A stretch of 63,954 bases of DNA, filler included, from Stramenopiles sp. TOSAG23-6 (taxonomy: Eukaryota), in NCBI GenBank assembly GCA_900128565.1. It is 4 parts of 4 records of this genome, joined end to end, with 100 filler letters (N's around TTAATTAATTAA, not from the genome) between each part and the next. Parts side by side here need not be neighbours in the genome. Positions count along the whole stretch, not along the records: positions 50,787 to 63,954 come from LT636173.1; 3 more parts are not named here. One strand, given 5' to 3'. Below the pieces are notes generated by a model. That model had not been told where the DNA came from, searched no databases, and was given only the letters and a program-made list of their open reading frames with translations. Shown in pieces: positions 58,101 to 63,954 of this stretch. The translations under genes and the position numbers were made by a program. Position 1 is the first letter of the stretch. Each line of letters opens with the position of its first letter.

Positions 58101-61100
58101 GTTTTAGCATTTTAATGATAATAATGATTATTTATTTCAAATACTATTCACATATTGTACAGATTATTGCCTGTATTTTGGTTTTATTCAAAAGATGAAT
58201 GATGTTTGCTTTAGAATGATATCAATGTTAATTTATTTAAAATACTATTGGAATATTTTACAGAGTATTGTATGTATTTTTGTTTTTATTCAAAAGATGA
58301 ATGATGTTTGCTTTTGCATGATGAAAATGTTTATTTATTTCAAATACTATTAACATATTGTATATATTATTGGCTGTATTTTTGTTTTATTCAAAAGATG
58401 AATGATGTTTACTTTAGAATGATATCAATGTTTATTTATTGAAAATAGTATTGAAAATATTGTAGAGATTATTGACCGTATTTTTGTTTTTATTCAAAAG
58501 ATGAATGATTTTAGCTTTTAAATGATAAAAATGTTGATTTAATTTGTATACTATTGACATATTGTACAGATTATTTAATGTATTTGTTTTTATTTAAAAG
58601 ATGAATGATTTTAGCTTTTAAATGATAAAAATGTTGATTTATTTTGTATACTATTGACATATTGTAGATATTATTTGAAGTATTTGTTTTTATTTAAAAG
58701 ATGAATGATTTTAGCTTTTAAATGATAAAAATGTTGATTTATTTCAAATACTGTTGACATATTGAATAGATTATTGACTGTATTTTTGTTTTTATTCAAA
58801 CAAAGAAAGATGTTTGATTTTGACATGATAAAAATGTTTATTTATTTCAAATACTGTTGACATATTGTAGAGATTATTAAAAGTATTTTTGTTTTTGTTC
58901 AAAAAATGAATACTTCTAGTTTTTAAATGATGTCAATGACTGTTTATTTCATATACTATTGACGTATTGTAGACATTATTGTTTGTATTTTTCTTTTATT
59001 CAAAAGGTTGAATGGTGTTTGCTTTTTAATGATAAACTGTTTATTTATTTATTTTGTATACTAGTGACATATTGTAGAGATTACTGGAAGTATTTTGTTT
59101 TTATTTGAAAGATTAATAATTTTAGGTTTAAATGATAACAATTGTTATTAATTTAAAATAGAATTGACATATTGTACAGATAATGCACCATATTTTGGTT
59201 TTTCTTACAAAGATGAATAATGTTTGCTTTTCAATGATAATAATGTTTATTCATTGAAAATACTATTGATATATTCTGAAGATTTTTTTGTGTATTGTTG
59301 TCTTTCTTGCTCTGGCAGATACTGATTTTTACTAAATATCAATATGTATTTATTTCATACACAAGTTACATATTGTAGAGATTATTGGCTGTATTTTTGT
59401 TTTTCTTACTATGATAAATGATGTTGGCTTTTGAATACAAAGAATGTGTTTTCATTTCCAATACAATTGACATATTGTACAGATTACTTGATGTATTTTT
59501 ACATTGGTGTAAAGATGAATAATATCAACTTTTAAATGATAAACATGTTCATTTATTTCAAATACTATTGACATATAGTTCAAATTTTTGTTTGTATTTT
59601 TACTCTTCTTGAAAAGATTAGTGATGGTTGCTTTTATATGATATTAATGTTTATTCATTTGTAAATACTATTGGCATATTCTCCAGATTATTGCGAGTAT
59701 TTTTATTCTTCTTGCATAGATGAATGATGGTTGGGTTTAATTGATAGTAATGATCATTTATTAATAATACTATTGACATATTGTAGACATTATTGACTGT
59801 ATTTTTGGTTTTATTCAAACAATGAATGATGTTTGCGCTTAAAGGATCATAATTATTATTTATTAATAATATTATTGACATATTCTAAAGATAATTTGAA
59901 GTATTGGGATTTTCCCTGCAGAAATGATTCATGTTTGCTTTGAAAATAACAATGTTTATTTATTTACAAAACTATTGACATATTCTAAAGATAATTGTGT
60001 GTATTTTTAATGTTGTGCCTATTCCAATATTGTTGGCTTTGAAAATAAAAACGGTTATTCATTTCAAATACTATTTGCATATTGTACAGGTCATTTGAAG
60101 TATTTTTGGTTTTCCTGCAAATATGAATATTATAACTTTTTCAATGATATCAATGTTTATTTATGTCAAATACGTTTGACATATTGTACAGATTATTGCG
60201 GGTAAATTTGTAGTTCTTACAAAGATAAATGATGCTAACTTTTGAAATAATGTTTATTTATGTCAAATACATTTGAGATATTGTATAGAGTATTGGCAGT
60301 ATTTTGGTAGTTCTTGCAGAGATGAATGATTTTAACTTTTAAAAAAAGGTTGATTCATTCGAAATACTATTGACATATTGTATAAATTATTGAAAGTATT
60401 TTTGAATTTTTTCCGAAGATGAATGATGTTCAATTTTTAAAGAATGTTTGTTTGTCCATTTCAAATACATTTGACATATTGTATGGATTATTGGCCGTAT
60501 TTTTGTTTTTATTCAAACGATGAGTGATGTTTTCTTTAGAATGATCACAATGTTTATTTATTTCAAATACAATTGATATATTGTATAGATTATTGACCGT
60601 ATTTTTGTTTTTCTTGAAAAGATGAATAATGTTTGCTTTAAAGTGATGAAACATTGATTCATTTTAGATACTATTGACATATTTTATAGATTATTGTTTG
60701 TATTTTTGTCGTTCTTGCAATGATGAATGATTTCACCTTAAATGATGGCAATATTTATTCATTTGAAATACGATTGACATATTGTTCAGATTTTTGTGCG
60801 TATTTTTGTTTTTCTGCATATATATGAATGGATTGTCCTTGTAAAGATTTAATTATATATTCATTTACAAAACAAGTGACATATTGTGTAGATTATTTCG
60901 AGTATTTTTGTTTTTTTGCATAGATGAATGATTTGTCCTTGTAAAGATTACATTATATATTCATTTCAAATACTATTGACATATTGTAGAGATTATTGTC
61001 AGTATTTTGTTTCTATTCAAAGGATGAATGGTGTTTGCTTTAAAATGATATCAATATTTATTTATTTCATATACTATTGACATATTGTAGACATTATTGA

Positions 61101-63943
61101 CTGTATTTTTGTTTTTATTCAAAAGATGAATGGTTTGAGCATTTTAATGATAATTAAATGATTATTTATTTCAAATACTATTGACATATTGTAGAGATTA
61201 TTGGCGGTATTTTTGTTTTTATTCAAAAGATGAAAAGTTTTTGCTTTAGAATGATAAAAATGTTGATTTATTTTGTATACTAGTGACATATTGTATAGAT
61301 TATTGGACGTATTTTTATTTTTATTCAAAAGATGAATGATGTTTGCTTTAGAATGATAAAACTGTTTATTTATTCAAAATACTGTTGACATATTGTACAG
61401 ATTATTGAAAGTATTTTTGTTTGTATTCAAAAGATGAATTATGTTTGCTTTTATATGATAATAATGTTTATTTAGTTAAAATATTAGTGACATATTGTAC
61501 ATATTATTGGGCGTATTTTTGTTTTTATTCCAAAGATGAATAATGTTTGCTTTTTAATGATAACAATGTTTATTTATTTTGTATACTAGTGACATATTGT
61601 ACATATTATTTGATGTATTTTTGTTTTTATTCAAAAGATGAATGATGTTTGCTTTAGAATGATATCAATGATTGTTCATTTAAAATACTATTGACATATT
61701 GTATAGATTATTGGATGTATTTTTATTTTTATTCAAACGATGAATAATGTTTAGTATGATAACAATGTTTATTTATTTCAAATAATGCTGACATATTGTA
61801 CAGATTATTTGTGGTATTTTGATTTTATTCAAAATATGAATAATGTTTGCTTTTAAATAATGACAGTGTTTATTCATTCAAAATATTACTGACATATTGA
61901 ATAGATTATTGAGAGTATCTTTGTTGTTTATGAAAAGATACCAAATTTATAGTTTGTAAAGATAATGTTATTTATGCATGTATAATACTATTGACATATT
62001 AGAAACATTATTATTGGGAGTATTTTGTGCTTTCTCTCAAAAATGGATGATCTTTGCTCGAAATAAAGTCAATATTGATTCATTTGAAAGATTGTTAATG
62101 TATTGTGCAAATTATGTTTAGTAATTTTGTTTCTCTTGGAAAGATAAATTATCTAAGCTTTCAAAAAAAATGTTTATTCATTTCAAATACTAGTGACATA
62201 TTGTATAGATTATTCAAGGTATGTTTTGTTTTTCTTTAAAAGATGAATAATGGTAGGTTTGAAGTGATAACAATATTTATTCATTTAAAATACAATTGAA
62301 ATATTGTATAGATTTTGATGTGTATTTTTGTTTTTGTTGTAAAGATGAATGATGATAGGTTTGAAGTGATAAAAANAATTATTCATTTGAAACACTAGTG
62401 ATATATTGTATAGATTATTTGNTGTATTTTTNTTTTTCTTNAAAAGATAACAATGTTTCCTTTTAAATGATAACAATATTTATTTCTTTCACTAGTGATA
62501 TATTGTTGAGATTATTGTTGGTACCTTTGCCTTTCTTGCAAAGTTTTGATTATTTTTTCTTTGGTATGATAAGAATAGTTATTTATTTGAAACACTATTG
62601 ATATATTGTATAGATTATTGGATGTATTTCTGTTTTTTTCAAAAAGAATGAATAATTTTTGTTTTTAAATGATATCAATGATTATTCATTTCAAATACTA
62701 GGGACATATTGTATAGATTATTTGACGTATTGGAATGTTCCTTGCAGAAAAAAATTGTGTTTACTTTGAAAATAACAATGTGTATCTATTTACAATACTA
62801 TTGACATATTCCAAAGATAATTGTGTGTATTTTTTTTTTGTGCTCCTTTTAATACTGTTGGTTTTGAAAATTAAAATGGTTATTTATTTAAAATACTTTT
62901 GACATATTGTATAGATTCTTGACAGTATTTTTGCTTTTCTTCAAAAGATGAATACTGTTGACTTTACAATGATAAAAATATTTTTTCATTTTAAATAGTA
63001 TTGACATATTGTAGAGATTATTGCAAGTATTTTTGTTTTTATTCAAAAGATGAATGATGTCTGCTTTTTTACATGAGAAAAATGTTTATTCATTTAAAAT
63101 AGTTTTGACATATTGTAGAGATTACTGTTGGTATTTTTGTTTTTATTCAAAAGATGTATTATGTGTGCTTTAGAATGATATCAATGTTTATTTATTTCAA
63201 ATACTATTAAACTATTGTAGGCATTATTGGGCGTATTTTTGTTTTTATTCAAAAGATGAATAATTTTAGTTTTTAAATGATATCAATGATTGTTCATTTC
63301 AAATACTATTGACATATTTTACAGAATATTGTGTGTATTTTAGTTTTGGTACAAATATGAGTGATGTTTACTTTTGAAAAGCAAAATAAGTCATTGAAAA
63401 TCTCTTTTGACATATTGCACAGATTATTGGTTGTATTTTTTTTTTATTCAAAAGGTTGAATGGTGTTTTCTTTGAAATGATAATAATGTTTATTTATTTC
63501 AAATACAATTGACATATTGTAGAGATTATTGGTTGTATTTGTGTTTTTATTCAAAAGATGAATAATGTTTGCTTTTATATGATAAAACTGTTTATTCATT
63601 CAAAATACTATTGACATATTGTAGAGAGTATTGAACGTATTTTTATTTTTATTCAAAAGATGAATACTGTTTGCTTTAGAATGATATCAATGTTTATTTA
63701 TTTCAAATACTAAGTGACATATTGTAGACATTATTGGGTGTATTTTATTTTTATTCAAAAGATGAATAATGTTTAGGGTTAGAATGATATAAATGTTTAT
63801 TTATTTCAAATACTACTGACATATTGTAGACATTATTGGCGGTATTTTTGTTTTTATTCAAAAGATGAATGATGTTTGCTTTTAGATGCTAAAAATGTTT
63901 ATTTATTTCCTACACCAGTGACATATTTTACAGATTATTGAAT
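52132..63943 (+). CDS. Membrane-anchored papain-family (C1A) pseudoprotease with micro-exon-encoded C-terminal extension; runs off window
   Basis: Exons 52132-53617 and 53715-53881 are well supported (QGDCSSSWA, SVEHIVNC, GCHGG, IVGY, YWKVKMSWG, GEGGFIKL). The 99 micro-exons from 53977 on are inferred. Confidence 0.75.
53618..53714 (+). other. Canonical GT-AG intron carrying the family-A core
   Basis: GTACTT...GTACCTAAC...CATAATAG; restores SWGEEIGEGGF. Confidence 0.88.
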
Positions 63944-63954
63944 GTATTTTCAAT
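53882..63954 (+). repeat. Array of ~99 ~102-bp units: ~99-nt conserved intron-like unit (family B) plus 3-nt variable exon
   Basis: Consensus GTATTTTTGTTTTTATTCAAAAGATGAAT...TACTATTGACATATTGTAsAGATTATTk followed by NNN; the repeat itself is certain, the intron reading is inferred. Confidence 0.9.

Noticed and set aside
54526-62476. Minus-strand ORFs with 34-aa repeats (NMSIVFEINQH...)
   Set aside because: By-products of the 102-bp period; broken by frequent stops and indels.
53882-63954. CRISPR array or plain centromeric satellite
   Set aside because: Eukaryotic context, 99-nt repeats, 3-nt spacers, no cas genes. A plain satellite does not explain one hypervariable stop-free triplet per unit in frame with a CDS, though only RNA data can exclude it.

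Overview
Four AT-rich contigs of a eukaryotic, probably stramenopile, assembly joined by artificial N-TTAATTAATTAA-N linkers: nuclear 1-16958, nuclear 17059-33824, mitochondrial 33925-50686 (TGA=Trp) and nuclear 50787-63954. Main result: the apparent ~102-bp 'satellite' at 53882-63954 reads as ~99 related ~99-nt phase-0 introns separated by single-codon (3-nt) exons plus one 21-nt exon. These continue a membrane-anchored papain-like pseudoprotease in frame for 105 stop-free residues. The introns almost never end in AG. A second, dispersed family of ~90-120 nt introns (donor GTAYG, core TCGTACGAAATTTTGTACCTAAC, end AATACAT) also lacks AG acceptors and interrupts conserved genes such as RecQ, AP5S1 and SHMT. 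Together they point to an unusual AG-independent splicing system with introner-like propagation. Splicing is inferred from reading frames only; there are no RNA data. Mitochondrial oddities: in-frame TAA in nad9 and rpl14, a 36-nt insertion in nad11, a short nad2 next to a duplicated noncoding block.
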